From positions 19,340 through 83,339 of the forward strand of contig JBPYEI010000048.1 of NCBI GenBank assembly GCA_051985455.1: 64,000 bases of DNA, read 5' to 3'. Numbering within the stretch: position 1 is the stretch's first letter; every line of letters begins with the position of its first letter. Below are positions 9,806 through 22,599 of the stretch, one piece after another. The position numbers were made by a program, and so were the translations under genes. The notes under the pieces were generated by a model. It had not been told where the DNA came from. It worked only from the letters and a program-made list of their open reading frames with translations, and did no database searches. Origin of the DNA: Acidimicrobiales bacterium. Its GTDB lineage: Bacteria > Actinomycetota > Acidimicrobiia > Acidimicrobiales > AC-9.

Positions 9806-11353
9806 GTGGAAGAGGTGAGCACCGACGTGGCCGAGGTCGGGGCCGACGCGGCCAGCCGGCTGGCGGAGGGTCTGGAAGGCGCACGCCGAGCGCCGCCGCT
9901 CGTCTTGGTCATCTTCGGCGCCTCGGGCGACCTGACCTCGCGCAAGATCCTTCCGGCGCTGGCCCGTCTCGCCCGTCGCCGGGCGCTGGGTACGACCTGC
10001 GCCGTGGTCGGCGTGGCCCGCAGCGACCTCAGTGACGACGACTTCCGCAACCTCGCCCTCCAGGCCGTGCCCGACGGAGGACCCGAGTGGGAGGCCGAGG
10101 TGACGCGGTTTCGCTACGTCTCCGGCGACTACGGGCACCCGGACACGTTCGACAAGCTCAAGCGGGTGATGGGCGAGCTCGACAAGACCGCGGGTACGAG
10201 CGGGAACCGCCTGTACTACCTGGCCACCATCCCCGCCGTCTTCAGCGAGGTCGCCGGCGCTCTGGGTGAGCACGGCCTCAACAAGCCCGCCGACGAGCAT
10301 TCGTTCGTGCGCCTCGTGATCGAGAAACCCTTCGGCCGCGACCTCGCCTCGGCCACCAAGCTCGACGAGGCCATCCACGAGTCCTTCGACGAGGACCAGG
10401 TGTACCGGATCGATCATTACCTGGGGAAGGAGACGGTCCAGAACGTCCTGGCCCTTCGCTTCGCCAACGCCATCTACGAGCCCATCTGGAACCGCCGGTA
10501 CGTGGATCACGTGCAGATCACCGTGGCCGAGGAGCTTGGCGTCGGCCACCGCGGCGGCTTCTACGAGACCGCCGGCGCCCTGCGCGACATCGTGCAGAAC
10601 CACGTCATGCAGGTCCTGGCGCTGACGCTGATGGAGCCTCCGGTGTGGATCGACGGCCAGGGGATCAGGGACGAGAAGGTGAAGGCGCTGCGCGCCGTCG
10701 AGATACCGTCACCGGAGATGGTGGCCACCGACGTCGTCCGAGGGCAGTACGAGGAAGGCTGGATCGGTGCCGAGAAGGTCATCGGGTACCGCCAGGAGGA
10801 GGGCGTGGACCCCACCAGCACGACCGAGACCTACGTCGCCATGCGCCTCAACGTCGACAACTGGCGGTGGGGCGGGGTTCCCGTCTACGTGCGCACCGGC
10901 AAGCGGCTCCCCAAGAGGGTCACCGAGGTGGCCATGCAGTTCCACAAAGTGCCGCACCTGTCCTTCAAAGGCAGCCTGGCCGAGGGGCTCGAGCCCAACG
11001 CCCTGGTGATGCGGATCCAGCCCGACGAGGGCATCACCCTGCGTTTCGGTGCGATGGTGCCCGGACAGACATTTCGGGTACGCACGGTGTCGATGGACTT
11101 CTCGTACGGCGCCGCGTTCATGGAGGAGACTCCGGAGGCGTACGAGCGCCTCCTGCTCGACGCCATGGTAGGCGACCCCACGCTGTTCATCCGCAGCGAC
11201 GAGGTCGACCAGGCCTGGCGCATCGTCGATCCCGTGCTGGAGTCGTGGGCTCGGGGCCAGCCTCCGCTATCGGGCTACGAAGCCGGTACCTGGGGACCGA
11301 AGGAGGCGGACCTGCTCCTCGAGCGCGACGGTAGACGGTGGCGGACTCCCTAG
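9806..11353 (+). CDS. zwf: Glucose-6-phosphate 1-dehydrogenase
   Basis: Motifs IFGASGDLTSRKILPAL and RIDHYLGKE. GTG 9806 follows GGAGAGGAAGG; GTG 9815 is an alternative start. Confidence 0.95.
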   Translation: MEEVSTDVAEVGADAASRLAEGLEGARRAPPLVLVIFGASGDLTSRKILPALARLARRRALGTTCAVVGVARSDLSDDDFRNLALQAVPDGGPEWEAEVTRFRYVSGDYGHPDTFDKLKRVMGELDKTAGTSGNRLYYLATIPAVFSEVAGALGEHGLNKPADEHSFVRLVIEKPFGRDLASATKLDEAIHESFDEDQVYRIDHYLGKETVQNVLALRFANAIYEPIWNRRYVDHVQITVAEELGVGHRGGFYETAGALRDIVQNHVMQVLALTLMEPPVWIDGQGIRDEKVKALRAVEIPSPEMVATDVVRGQYEEGWIGAEKVIGYRQEEGVDPTSTTETYVAMRLNVDNWRWGGVPVYVRTGKRLPKRVTEVAMQFHKVPHLSFKGSLAEGLEPNALVMRIQPDEGITLRFGAMVPGQTFRVRTVSMDFSYGAAFMEETPEAYERLLLDAMVGDPTLFIRSDEVDQAWRIVDPVLESWARGQPPLSGYEAGTWGPKEADLLLERDGRRWRTP

Positions 11354-12393
11354 CGCCACGGCCGGGCGCTGGCGCCCAGACCACCGAGCCGACGCCGATG
11401 GCCTCCTGGTCGGGCCGGGGTGTCACCATCGGCCAGGTCGACGACGCCCTGCTGGACCTGCGCCGGGGAGAGGAGCGGGCAGCCACGCGCGTCAGCACCA
11501 TCAACCTGGTCGTGGTGGCAGAGGGCGACGTCGATGTCCGGCGCGCCCGTGAAGCCATGCGACGGCTGGGCGGCCGCAACCCGGGCCGCACCGTGATCCT
11601 GATCCCGGATCCCGCTGGCAGTGCCAACGTCGACGCCGAGGTGCGCCTGTATCACGCCACCATCGACGCCCGCCCCGTCTGGTGGGAAGAGGTGCTGATC
11701 ATGGTGAGCGGCCCGGCGTGCGACCATCTCGACTCGGTCGTCGAGCCACTGACCCTTGGCGACCTTCCCGTCACCGTGTGGTACGCGTCATCGATCCCGG
11801 AGGCCGCCGAGCCTCTCGTCGGCGCCGCCGATGCGGTCATCGTGGAGTCGCCCGCCGAGTCGTCCAACGGCCGGTCGGCCAGTCGCACGGCCGGCGAGCC
11901 GACGGCAGAGGCCTTCTCGCTCCTGCTCGACGTTTCGCAGCGCCGGCCCGTGATCGACCTGTCGTGGCTCTGTCTGACGCCGTGGCGGCGTCTCGTGGCG
12001 GCGATCTTCGCCGTCGGCCAGCTCCGGGCGTTCGCCGACGACGTGGACCGGGCCGAGGTGGCCGGCGCACCCGGTACGGCCTTCCTGCTGTCGGGCTGGC
12101 TCATGGACCGCCTGGAGCTGCCGGCTTCGTCTGTCACACGCCGATCGGCGGATCGTCCCGCCGTCGAGCTCTCCGCGTCGGGTCCCCGTGGGGCAGGCCG
12201 CTTCAGCGTGGCGAGCGAGGAGGAGGACCTCGTGACGGCGGTAGCGGAGATCGAGGGCGTGGGCCGGCGCCATGACGCGGTCAAGCTGCCAGCCGATCCG
12301 CTGGCCACCGGTCTGACCGCCGCCCTGACCTTGAGCGGTCACGATCTCATCTACGAGCGGGCTGTGGCGGCGGCGTTGGACGCGCATCGATGA
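11338..12393 (+). CDS. opcA: Glucose-6-phosphate dehydrogenase assembly protein OpcA
   Basis: Positioned between zwf and pgl. The sequence VTIGQVDDALLDLRR...TINLVVV is typical of OpcA. The start is either GTG 11338, overlapping zwf, or ATG 11398. Confidence 0.85.
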   Translation: MADSLAPRPGAGAQTTEPTPMASWSGRGVTIGQVDDALLDLRRGEERAATRVSTINLVVVAEGDVDVRRAREAMRRLGGRNPGRTVILIPDPAGSANVDAEVRLYHATIDARPVWWEEVLIMVSGPACDHLDSVVEPLTLGDLPVTVWYASSIPEAAEPLVGAADAVIVESPAESSNGRSASRTAGEPTAEAFSLLLDVSQRRPVIDLSWLCLTPWRRLVAAIFAVGQLRAFADDVDRAEVAGAPGTAFLLSGWLMDRLELPASSVTRRSADRPAVELSASGPRGAGRFSVASEEEDLVTAVAEIEGVGRRHDAVKLPADPLATGLTAALTLSGHDLIYERAVAAALDAHR

Positions 12394-13055
12394 ACGGTGA
12401 GCTCGTGGTGGTCGACGACGTACCGGGTGAGTTCTCCGCCCGGGTGATCGACGCGTTCGCCACACGTCCCGGTGACTCGTTCTCCATCGCCCTGTCGGGC
12501 GGGGACACCGCTCGGCAGTGCTACGAGCGGCTCGCCGTCGACGGGGCCCAGCGCATCGACTGGTGGGCCGTCGACGTCTACTGGGGCGACGAGCGCTGCG
12601 TCCCGCCCGACAGCCCCGACTCGAACCAGCGCCTGGTCCGCGAGGCGCTGCTGGAACGGGTCGGTGCCGCCAACGCTGTCTATCCGATGCGCTGCGAGGA
12701 AGGTCCCGACCCGTACCAGCTGAGGGTCGGCGAGGTGGGAAGGTTCGACATCACGCACCTCGGGCTGGGGCCGGACGGCCACACCGCCTCGCTGTTCCCC
12801 CGTTCTCCCGCCCTGGACGCCGACCCCGGCCGCCTCGTGTGCTTGAACTCCGACCCCAACGCCCGCAACCCCCACCCGCGGATGACCCTCACCTTGTCGG
12901 GTATCGCCCGTTCCCGGCTGGTGCTGTTCACGGTGGCGGGTGCGTCCAAGCGCGAGGCGCTCCAGGCCGTGGTCGACGGGGCCGACCTGCCGGCGGCTCG
13001 GGTCGACGCCGAGCGCGTGATCTGGCTCGTCGACCGGGAGGCGGCGCCCCGATAA
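12390..13055 (+). CDS. pgl: 6-phosphogluconolactonase
   Basis: Motifs SGGDTARQCYERL, WGDERCVP and GLGPDGHTASLFP. ATGA overlap with opcA. Confidence 0.92.
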   Translation: MNGELVVVDDVPGEFSARVIDAFATRPGDSFSIALSGGDTARQCYERLAVDGAQRIDWWAVDVYWGDERCVPPDSPDSNQRLVREALLERVGAANAVYPMRCEEGPDPYQLRVGEVGRFDITHLGLGPDGHTASLFPRSPALDADPGRLVCLNSDPNARNPHPRMTLTLSGIARSRLVLFTVAGASKREALQAVVDGADLPAARVDAERVIWLVDREAAPR

Positions 13056-13061
13056 CGTCCG

Positions 13062-15392
<2,331 letters not shown>

Positions 15393-15402
15393 GCGAGGCC
15401 GA

Positions 15403-16443
15403 GTGGCCGAGCGCGCCAGGCGACGTCGAACCGGCAAGCCAGAGATCGATCACAGCATCGAGGAGCTCCTCAACGCGGCGGGGGCCCATTCCAACCGCGA
15501 TCAGCTGTTCGAGATCCTGGCCACGACGCTGCGCATGGCGAGCAACGGGGCCGACCGTCTCGATCTCAAGATCACCAACGCGGCGGTCAAGGAGATGGCC
15601 GAGGCCTTCGCCGTCTTCGCCCCGTACCGCTCCATCCGCAAGCTGACCATGTTCGGCTCCGCTCGGACGACGCCCGATGATCCGCTCTACGCCCAGGCCC
15701 GGGAGCTGGCTGCCAAGCTGTCGGCCGCCGGCTGGATGCTGGTGACGGGGGCCGGCCCCGGCATCATGGCGGCGGGACTCGAAGGGGCGGGCCCCGACAA
15801 GGCCTTCGGCATCAACATCAGGCTGCCGTTCGAGGACGCCCCCAACGCCTTCATCTCCGGCGATCCCAAGCTGGTCGAGATGAAGTACTTCTTCACCCGC
15901 AAGCTGATGCTGCTCAAGGAGTCCGACGGCTACGCCGTGCTGCCGGGAGGCTTCGGCACCATGGACGAAGCCTTCGAGCTGCTCACCCTGCTCCAGACCG
16001 GAAAGGCGGAGCCCTCGCCGATCGTATTGCTGGACCTGCCGGGTGGCACGTACTGGCAAGCGTGGGAGCGCTTCGTGGGCGACGAGCTCAGTGCTCGAGG
16101 GCTTATCTCTCCCGGAGACACCGCCCTGTACCGCATCACCGACGACGTCGGCCGCGCCGCCGCCGAAGTGCTCGAGTTCTATCGCCGCTACCACTCGCTC
16201 CGCGTCGTGGGCGACCTGACGGTCATCAGGCTGCGGTCCGCTCCCTCGGACGAGCAGCTGGCCGCCTTCAACCGGGAGTTCGCCGACATCTGCGCCCGCG
16301 GCGACATCCACCGCATCGAGGCCCTCCCCCAGGAGCTCGCCGGCCGCGACCACGTCGACCTCCCCCGGATCGCACTCCACTTCGACCGCATCCACTACGC
16401 CCGCCTCCGCCAGCTCATCGACGCGCTGAACGAGGAGGACTGA
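15403..16443 (+). CDS. LOG-family (TIGR00730) protein, long PpnN-like form
   Basis: From GTG 15403. Motifs VTGAGPGIMAAG and PGGFGTMDEAFELLTLLQTGK, flanked by N- and C-terminal extensions as in PpnN-type nucleotide 5'-monophosphate nucleosidases. The upstream part of the 415-aa ORF overlaps fbiC and is rejected. Confidence 0.85.
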   Translation: MAERARRRRTGKPEIDHSIEELLNAAGAHSNRDQLFEILATTLRMASNGADRLDLKITNAAVKEMAEAFAVFAPYRSIRKLTMFGSARTTPDDPLYAQARELAAKLSAAGWMLVTGAGPGIMAAGLEGAGPDKAFGINIRLPFEDAPNAFISGDPKLVEMKYFFTRKLMLLKESDGYAVLPGGFGTMDEAFELLTLLQTGKAEPSPIVLLDLPGGTYWQAWERFVGDELSARGLISPGDTALYRITDDVGRAAAEVLEFYRRYHSLRVVGDLTVIRLRSAPSDEQLAAFNREFADICARGDIHRIEALPQELAGRDHVDLPRIALHFDRIHYARLRQLIDALNEED

Positions 16444-16445
16444 GC

Positions 16446-16646
16446 TCACTCACCGCCGTCGTCGGACCGCAGGAGCGACGCGGCTCGCTCGACCGAGCGG
16501 CGGGCCTGGGTGAGGCGTCGCTCCCCGGCCGGCCGGCGCTGCTCGCCGGCGTCGATGGCGTCGCGCAGCGCTTCCATGGCCAGGTCTGCCAGCTCCTCGG
16601 CGATGGTCTCGAGGCGGCCGCGGATGTCGTCGAGGTCAGCGGTCAT
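16446..16646 (-). CDS. Small helical protein (66 aa), unknown function
   Basis: From ATG 16646: MTADLDDIRGRLETIAEELADLAMEALRDAIDAGEQRRP.... Third-position GC is about 90% by my count. It fills an otherwise noncoding gap and overlaps the glcF 3' end by 11 nt. Confidence 0.5.
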   Translation of the reverse strand: MTADLDDIRGRLETIAEELADLAMEALRDAIDAGEQRRPAGERRLTQARRSVERAASLLRSDDGGE

Positions 16647-17814
16647 CGAGGGACCAGGCGATGAGATCGACCGGATGGCGCACGTCAAGGCCCGCCCCGG
16701 CCAGGTGGACGATGCAACCGGGGTTGGCACTGGCGACGATCGGTGCTCCCGTGGCGGCGATGGCGGCGACCTTGCGATCTCGGATCTCGTTGGCCATGAC
16801 CCGGTGGAGGCCGGCGTAGGCCCCGCCCGCGCCGCAGCACAGCCCGTCGTCGTCGACCTCGACCAGCTCGGCGTAGGGGGCGAGCACCGTGCGGACGTGG
16901 TGGTGAGCGCCCTGGACGTGGCGGAGGTGGCAGGGATCCTGCACCGCGACCGGTCCGGTGACCCGGCGGCTGGCAGGCGGCAGGCGGTCGACGCGCCCCG
17001 CCAGCCACTCGTGGATGTCCTGGACCCGGTCGGCGAAGCGGTGACCTTCCTCGGTGCCGAGCAGCTCGCCGCAGTCCTTGAGGGCCGCGCCGCAGCCGGC
17101 CGAGTCGACCACCACGGGGGCGTCGCCCGGCATGGATGCAGCGACGCGGCGGGCCAGGGCCCGGGCCTCGCTGCGGAGGCCGGCGTGCAGGTGCAGAGCG
17201 CCGCAGCAGTCGGCCCCCCGGCCAGGCAGGGCGACGCCGGCGCCCGTCGCCTCCATCACGCGCAAGGCGGCGGCGTGGGTCGGGCGCATCCAGGCATCCA
17301 TGACGCACCCGGTGAACAGCCAGGCGTCGGTAGGACCGGACGACCCACTCGAGGCAGATGCGGTCCTCGGTCGCAGCCGCCGCCGGTGCACCGGCAGCCA
17401 GGGCAGCCCCAGCCGAGGCGACAGCAGATGCAGGCGCTGCAGGACTGCGCCGGCCGAGGACGCGGACAGCAGCAATCGATGGTGGCCGAGGACCCCATAG
17501 GCCAAGCGGCGCCGCCGCGGCTGATACGTCGTCTCCTCGGCGAGGGTCGCACGCGCTCCCTCCATCAGCCGGCCGAAGGGGACCGACGAGGGGCAGGCGA
17601 CCTCGCACCCACGGCACTGCACGCAAAGATCCATGAACTCGGTGAACTCCGGGCCCGGCGAAGCGTCGGTGTCGTGTGTGGCGCGCATGGCGGCGATCCG
17701 ACCCCGGGGTGACGCCGACTCTTCCCCCGTGACGCGGTAGGTGGGACAGTGCGGAAGGCAGAGTCCACACGACACGCAGGCGGCGAGGTCCTCGTCGGAG
17801 ACGGCGAGCTTCAC
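16636..17814 (-). CDS. glcF: Glycolate oxidase Fe-S subunit (GlcF-like)
   Basis: Two 4Fe-4S motifs, CVSCGLCLPHCP and CVQCRGCEVACP, plus CCG-type Cys-rich domains. GTG 17814 overlaps the glcE stop (GTGA). Confidence 0.88.
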   Translation of the reverse strand: MKLAVSDEDLAACVSCGLCLPHCPTYRVTGEESASPRGRIAAMRATHDTDASPGPEFTEFMDLCVQCRGCEVACPSSVPFGRLMEGARATLAEETTYQPRRRRLAYGVLGHHRLLLSASSAGAVLQRLHLLSPRLGLPWLPVHRRRLRPRTASASSGSSGPTDAWLFTGCVMDAWMRPTHAAALRVMEATGAGVALPGRGADCCGALHLHAGLRSEARALARRVAASMPGDAPVVVDSAGCGAALKDCGELLGTEEGHRFADRVQDIHEWLAGRVDRLPPASRRVTGPVAVQDPCHLRHVQGAHHHVRTVLAPYAELVEVDDDGLCCGAGGAYAGLHRVMANEIRDRKVAAIAATGAPIVASANPGCIVHLAGAGLDVRHPVDLIAWSLDDR

Positions 17815-18752
17815 GCCACCATCCGGCCCGGGTTGAGGCGCCCGGTCGGGTCGAAATGGGTCTTGATCCGTCGCTGGATCGCCGCCGTCGCCGGTTCCAC
17901 GTGACGTAACGCCGGCGCCGTCTCCGCGTGCACGACACCGACACCGATCTCGGCGACGAAGGTGTCGGGCTCGAGCGTGGTGACGACCTCGCGCACGACT
18001 GACGGGCTCACGGACCACCGACCGGCCTTCGGCAGCGGTGGAGGCTGCGGGACCGGCTCGAACCCCTGACCGATGGCGGCAATCTCGGCGTCGACATCCG
18101 CCGGGTGCCCCTCGAGGAGCACCCAGCAGTCGGCGCCGTCCCACAGGACCGATGAGGGCCGGAACAGGTGGCGCTGAAGGCGGTCGGGGTCCTCCACCGC
18201 GCCGCGGAGCCAGATGGACACAGGAGGACGGGGCCGTACGCGCAGGACGACCTCGGCGAGCAACCCGATCGTGCCGAGGGACCCGACCAGGAGCCGGCAG
18301 AGGTCGAACCCGGTGACGTTCTTGACCACAGGTCCGCCGGCGCGGATCAGCCGACCCTCGGCGGATACGAAGCGAGCCTCGAGCAGCGTGTCACGAACCG
18401 CGCCCCAGCCCAGGCGGCGGGGGCCGCTGTGTCCCACCGCCAGGACCCCACCCACCGTGGCGTCTCGTGGGTCGATGGGATCGAGGGCGACGGTCTGTCC
18501 CCCCTCCGCCAAGGCGGCGTCGAGCTCGGCCACGCTCGTGCCGGCGCGGACCCGGACGATCATCTCCGCCGGCTCGTGCCGCACGACCCCGCTCGGGGCC
18601 TGCACCTCTCGAGCTGAGGGGTCGGGATCGCCGCCGACCGTCCACTGGGTGCGACCGCCCACCGCCACGACGGGATCTCGTGTGCCGACCTCGGCCGCGA
18701 AGTCGTGGAGGGGCCCGTCGACTGTCGCTGCCGCTCCGGCTGGCCCCGTCAT
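17811..18752 (-). CDS. glcE: Glycolate oxidase FAD-binding subunit (GlcE-like)
   Basis: FAD-binding PCMH-type sequence located between glcD and glcF. ATG 18752 overlaps the glcD stop (ATGA). Confidence 0.8.
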   Translation of the reverse strand: MTGPAGAAATVDGPLHDFAAEVGTRDPVVAVGGRTQWTVGGDPDPSAREVQAPSGVVRHEPAEMIVRVRAGTSVAELDAALAEGGQTVALDPIDPRDATVGGVLAVGHSGPRRLGWGAVRDTLLEARFVSAEGRLIRAGGPVVKNVTGFDLCRLLVGSLGTIGLLAEVVLRVRPRPPVSIWLRGAVEDPDRLQRHLFRPSSVLWDGADCWVLLEGHPADVDAEIAAIGQGFEPVPQPPPLPKAGRWSVSPSVVREVVTTLEPDTFVAEIGVGVVHAETAPALRHVEPATAAIQRRIKTHFDPTGRLNPGRMVA

Positions 18753-20182
18753 ATCCAGACCCCCGCCGGCACCGACTGCAGGTCGCCGCAGCCGGATCCG
18801 GACGGAAGGACCTTGTGCGGGTTGCAAACCTGCTCGGGATCGAAGGCCAGGCGGAGACGACACTGGGCATCGAGGTCGTCGTCCGAGAAGACGAGGCCCA
18901 TGTGGTCCCGCTTCTCGAGGCCGATGCCGTGCTCTCCTGAGAGCACTCCACCGACGGCGACGCAGGCGGCGAGCATCTCCGTGCCGGCGGCGTGGACGCG
19001 GTCCATCACACCGGGCTCTCTCCGGTCGAACACGAGAAGGGGGTGAAGGTTGCCGTCACCGGCGTGGAAGACGTTCACCACCAGCAGCTCGTGACGCGCC
19101 GCGATCTCATAGACCTCCGAGAGAACCTCCACCAGACGGGTACGCGGGACGACCGTGTCGTGCAGGTAGTAGTCGGGCGCGATGCGAGCGACGGCACCGA
19201 AAGCCGACTTCCGCCCCTTCCACCACAGCGCCCGCTCGGCCTCGTCGGCCGCCACCCGGACGGTGCGGGCTCCGTTCGCCGTGGCCACGTCGGCCACGAC
19301 CTGAGCCGAGGCCGCGACCCCGGCCGGCAGCCCGTCCAGCTCGACGAGCAGCACAGCGGCGGCGCCGCGCGGGAACCCGGCGTGGACGTAGTCCTCCACC
19401 GCCGACGTGATGCGGGCGTCCATCATCTCCAACGCGGCAGGCACGAGGCCGGCGGCGATGATGCCGGTGACCGTCGCCGCCGCTGTCTCGATGGATGCGA
19501 AGTCGACCAGGATCGTGCGCACGGCAGGAGGGTCCGGCGACAGCCGCACGGCGATGCGGACGGCGATGCCCATGGTTCCCTCGCTGCCGATGAAGGCGCC
19601 TCGAAGGTCGTAGCCGGGAGGCTCGGGGTCGAGCCCCCCGAGGAGAGCCAGCGACCCGTCGGGCAGGACGACCTCAACGGCCAGCACGTGGGCGCTGGTC
19701 ACCCCGTAGGCGAGGCAGTGGGGACCGCCCGAGTTGTTGGCGACGTTGCCCCCGACCGAGCACGACTGCTGGCTGGACGGGTCGGGGGCGAAGTGCAGTC
19801 CCAGGTGGGCGACCTCCCTCGACAGGTCGAGGTTGAGCACTCCCGGCTGTACCCAGGCGACCCGCGCCGTGGCGTCGACCTCCAGGACGCGGTCCATCTT
19901 GGTGGTGACGACGACGACCGGCTCTGCTCCGTCGGCGCCGACAGGGACCGCTCCGCCCGCCAAGCCGGTCCCCGACCCGCGCGGCACGATGGCCCGGCCG
20001 TGCCGCCGGGCGATCGTGACGGCCGACTGCACCTCCTCCGTGGTGCGGGGAAAGCACACCACGCCCGGCTGGCCTTCGAGGAGCGAGGCGTCGCGCCGGT
20101 AAAGCGTCAGCTCCAAGGGACCGCTGCGGACGCGGTCGGGTGCCATCGCCCCCGACAGCTCGGCCACCAACGCATCCGTCAC
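18749..20182 (-). CDS. glcD: FAD-linked oxidase, glycolate oxidase subunit GlcD
   Basis: 477 aa with [15 protein letters not shown] (FAD-binding 4) and a C-terminal FAD-oxidase domain containing SGEHGIG. Confidence 0.9.
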   Translation of the reverse strand: MTDALVAELSGAMAPDRVRSGPLELTLYRRDASLLEGQPGVVCFPRTTEEVQSAVTIARRHGRAIVPRGSGTGLAGGAVPVGADGAEPVVVVTTKMDRVLEVDATARVAWVQPGVLNLDLSREVAHLGLHFAPDPSSQQSCSVGGNVANNSGGPHCLAYGVTSAHVLAVEVVLPDGSLALLGGLDPEPPGYDLRGAFIGSEGTMGIAVRIAVRLSPDPPAVRTILVDFASIETAAATVTGIIAAGLVPAALEMMDARITSAVEDYVHAGFPRGAAAVLLVELDGLPAGVAASAQVVADVATANGARTVRVAADEAERALWWKGRKSAFGAVARIAPDYYLHDTVVPRTRLVEVLSEVYEIAARHELLVVNVFHAGDGNLHPLLVFDRREPGVMDRVHAAGTEMLAACVAVGGVLSGEHGIGLEKRDHMGLVFSDDDLDAQCRLRLAFDPEQVCNPHKVLPSGSGCGDLQSVPAGVWI

Positions 20183-20312
20183 CCCACCAGTCTGCCTCCG
20201 CGGTGTTCATGGCGGCTGCGCCGCCCCGGACGGGGCCCCAACGCCGCCGCCGGCCGTGGTTACCGGCGGCGCCGCCCCGGGCGCGCGCCCCCACCGGTTC
20301 GTCCGCTGGGGC

Positions 20313-21953
20313 TCAGTCGGCGGCCGAGCCGGGCGCGGTGTCGCCGGCGGTGACGACGTCGAGGGTGCCGTCGGCGAAGCGCGCCCGAAGGGCCTTCTTG
20401 TCGAACTTGCCGACGCTGGTCTTGGGCACCTCGTCGACGAACGCCCACCGCTCAGGCAGCCAGAACCGGGCGACCCGGTCGGCGAGGTAGCGCCGCAGCT
20501 CGGCGGCGTCGGCGTCGGCGCCCTCGTTGGGCACCACGCACGCCAATGGTCGCTCGTCCCACCGGGAGTCCGGTACCCCGACCACGGCGGCCTCGAGAAC
20601 GGCGGGGTGAGACATGAGCGTGGTTTCCAGCTCCACCGAGGAGATCCACTCCCCTCCCGACTTGACGACGTCCTTGGTGCGGTCCGTGATCTGCATGAAG
20701 CCGCGATCGTCCAGCGTGCCGACGTCACCGGTACGAAGCCAGCCGTCGTGGAACCGCTCGGGCGAGGGATCGCCGTAGTAGGACCCCGTGATCCAGGGGC
20801 CGCGCACCTCGAACTCCCCCACCGAGCTCCCGTCCCGCGGCAGCACCGTGTCGTCGGGCGCAACGACGCGCAGCTCCACGCCGGGCACCACCCGACCGGT
20901 GCGGGCCAGGTAGTCCACCTCCTCGTCGTCGGGTGCGCTTTTCGGCGGGAAGGACAGTGCGCACAGCGGGCTGGTCTCGGTCATCCCCCACCCCTGCACC
21001 ACGCGCACGCCGTAGCTCTGGCGGAACCGTTCGATGAGGCCTCGCGGCACGGCCGATCCTCCCGCCGTGATCAGCCGCAGCGACGACAGGTCGAGCTCGT
21101 GGTCGTCTCCGTACCGGAGGAGGTCGTTCAAGACCGTCGGCACTCCCTCCGAGGTGGTGGGGCGCTCCTCGGCGACGATCCTGGCGAGGGGCTCGGGCTG
21201 GACGAACCGTTGGGGGAAGATGAAGTCGGCGCCCACCAGCCATGCCGCATAGGGCATGCCCCAGGCGTTGGCATGGAACATCGGCACGATGACGAGCACG
21301 CGGTCGTGCTCGTTGACGGCGAGGCTGCCGGCCGAGGTCACCGCCAGGGTGTGGAGGAACGTGGAACGGTGGCTGTACACGACACCCTTCGGGTTCCCCG
21401 TCGTGCCGCTCGTGTAGCACATGGCCGCGGCTTCTCGTTCGTCCAGCTCTGGCCACTCGAATCCGGCATCGACGGCGGCGAGCAGCTGCTCGTAGCGGTG
21501 CGTGTCGCCCAGCGCACTGGCGTCGCCGTCGCCGACCACCACGACGTGCTGCACGGTCTTCAGGTCGTCGATCACCCGAGCCAGCACGGGAGCCAGCGAG
21601 GCGTCGACGATGACGACGCGGTCCTCAGCGTGGTTCACTACGTAGCTCAGCTGGTCGGGGAACAGCCTGACGTTCAGCGTGTGGAGCACGGCGCCCATGC
21701 TGGGCACCGCCAGGTACGCCTCGAGATGCTCCTGCTCGTTCCAGCAGAAGGTGCCGACGCGGTCGCCTCGCTCCACGCCCAGACCACGCAGGGCGGCGGC
21801 GAGACGTTCGGCTCGCTCGGCCACGTCGCCGAAGGTGGCTCGGCGAGCGCCGTCGTCCGCCAAGGTGACCACCTCACTGTCGGCATGGATGAGCTGGCCG
21901 TGCCGAAGTATGGCGCTGATCGTCAGCGGTCTGTCCTGCATCGTGCTCAACAT
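20313..21953 (-). CDS. Long/medium-chain fatty-acid--CoA ligase (AMP-dependent synthetase)
   Basis: From ATG 21953: [19 protein letters not shown].... AMP-binding motif [14 protein letters not shown]. The upstream 140 codons of the 687-aa ORF overlap the divergent PPOX gene and are rejected. Confidence 0.9.
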   Translation of the reverse strand: MLSTMQDRPLTISAILRHGQLIHADSEVVTLADDGARRATFGDVAERAERLAAALRGLGVERGDRVGTFCWNEQEHLEAYLAVPSMGAVLHTLNVRLFPDQLSYVVNHAEDRVVIVDASLAPVLARVIDDLKTVQHVVVVGDGDASALGDTHRYEQLLAAVDAGFEWPELDEREAAAMCYTSGTTGNPKGVVYSHRSTFLHTLAVTSAGSLAVNEHDRVLVIVPMFHANAWGMPYAAWLVGADFIFPQRFVQPEPLARIVAEERPTTSEGVPTVLNDLLRYGDDHELDLSSLRLITAGGSAVPRGLIERFRQSYGVRVVQGWGMTETSPLCALSFPPKSAPDDEEVDYLARTGRVVPGVELRVVAPDDTVLPRDGSSVGEFEVRGPWITGSYYGDPSPERFHDGWLRTGDVGTLDDRGFMQITDRTKDVVKSGGEWISSVELETTLMSHPAVLEAAVVGVPDSRWDERPLACVVPNEGADADAAELRRYLADRVARFWLPERWAFVDEVPKTSVGKFDKKALRARFADGTLDVVTAGDTAPGSAAD

Positions 21954-22061
21954 CGGTCCCCACCTCCGAACGACCTGGCGCGGATCGTACAGCGACCGGT
22001 CGTTCGTCACCGGCCGCCTCGCCTGAGGACAGGCCAGACAGAACCGATAGCCTCGCTCGGC

Positions 22062-22472
22062 ATGGACGCCGATGACGCCCGCACCTTCATTCGTTCGCAC
22101 CACCGCGCCGTGCTGGCGACGACACGGAATGACGGTCGCCCGCAGCTGTCGCCCGTGACGACCACCATCGACAGCGGAGGGCGGGCCGTCGTCAGCACGC
22201 GAGCAGGCGCCATGAAGACGGCCAACGTGCGCCGGCGCCCATGGGCCGAGCTGTGCGTCGTGAGCGACCAGTTCTTCGGTCCCTGGGTCCAGGTCGAGGG
22301 CACGGTCGATCTGCTCGAGCTCCCCGCCGCCATGGACGAGCTTGTCGCCTACTACCGATCCATCAGCGGCGAGCACCCTGACTGGGACGACTACCGCCAG
22401 GCCATGGAGCGGGAGCGACGGCTCCTGTTGCGGATCACCATCGAGCGTGCCGGTCCCGACCGGGCCGGGTAG
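22062..22472 (+). CDS. PPOX-class F420-dependent oxidoreductase (pyridoxamine 5'-phosphate oxidase fold)
   Basis: From ATG 22062: MDADDARTFIRSHHRAVLATTRNDGRPQLSPV.... This is the real 3' part of the 738-aa ORF, whose remainder is antisense to the CoA ligase. Confidence 0.85.
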   Translation: MDADDARTFIRSHHRAVLATTRNDGRPQLSPVTTTIDSGGRAVVSTRAGAMKTANVRRRPWAELCVVSDQFFGPWVQVEGTVDLLELPAAMDELVAYYRSISGEHPDWDDYRQAMERERRLLLRITIERAGPDRAG

Positions 22473-22599
22473 CCCCGGCCCTGTCGGCAGACCGTCCCGG
22501 AGGCCGCGGCGCCGCTCGAGGGCGTCACGTCGACCCTGAGCTCCTGCTGGTCGACCGGGCAGAGGCCCCTGCCGTGGTCGTTCCCGGAAGGCGACTCGT

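Noticed and set aside
20256-22061. First ~600 codons of the 738-aa plus-strand ORF
   Set aside because: It is antisense to the fatty-acid-CoA ligase and has junk-like composition. Only the last 136 codons, from ATG 22062, form a recognisable PPOX/F420 protein.
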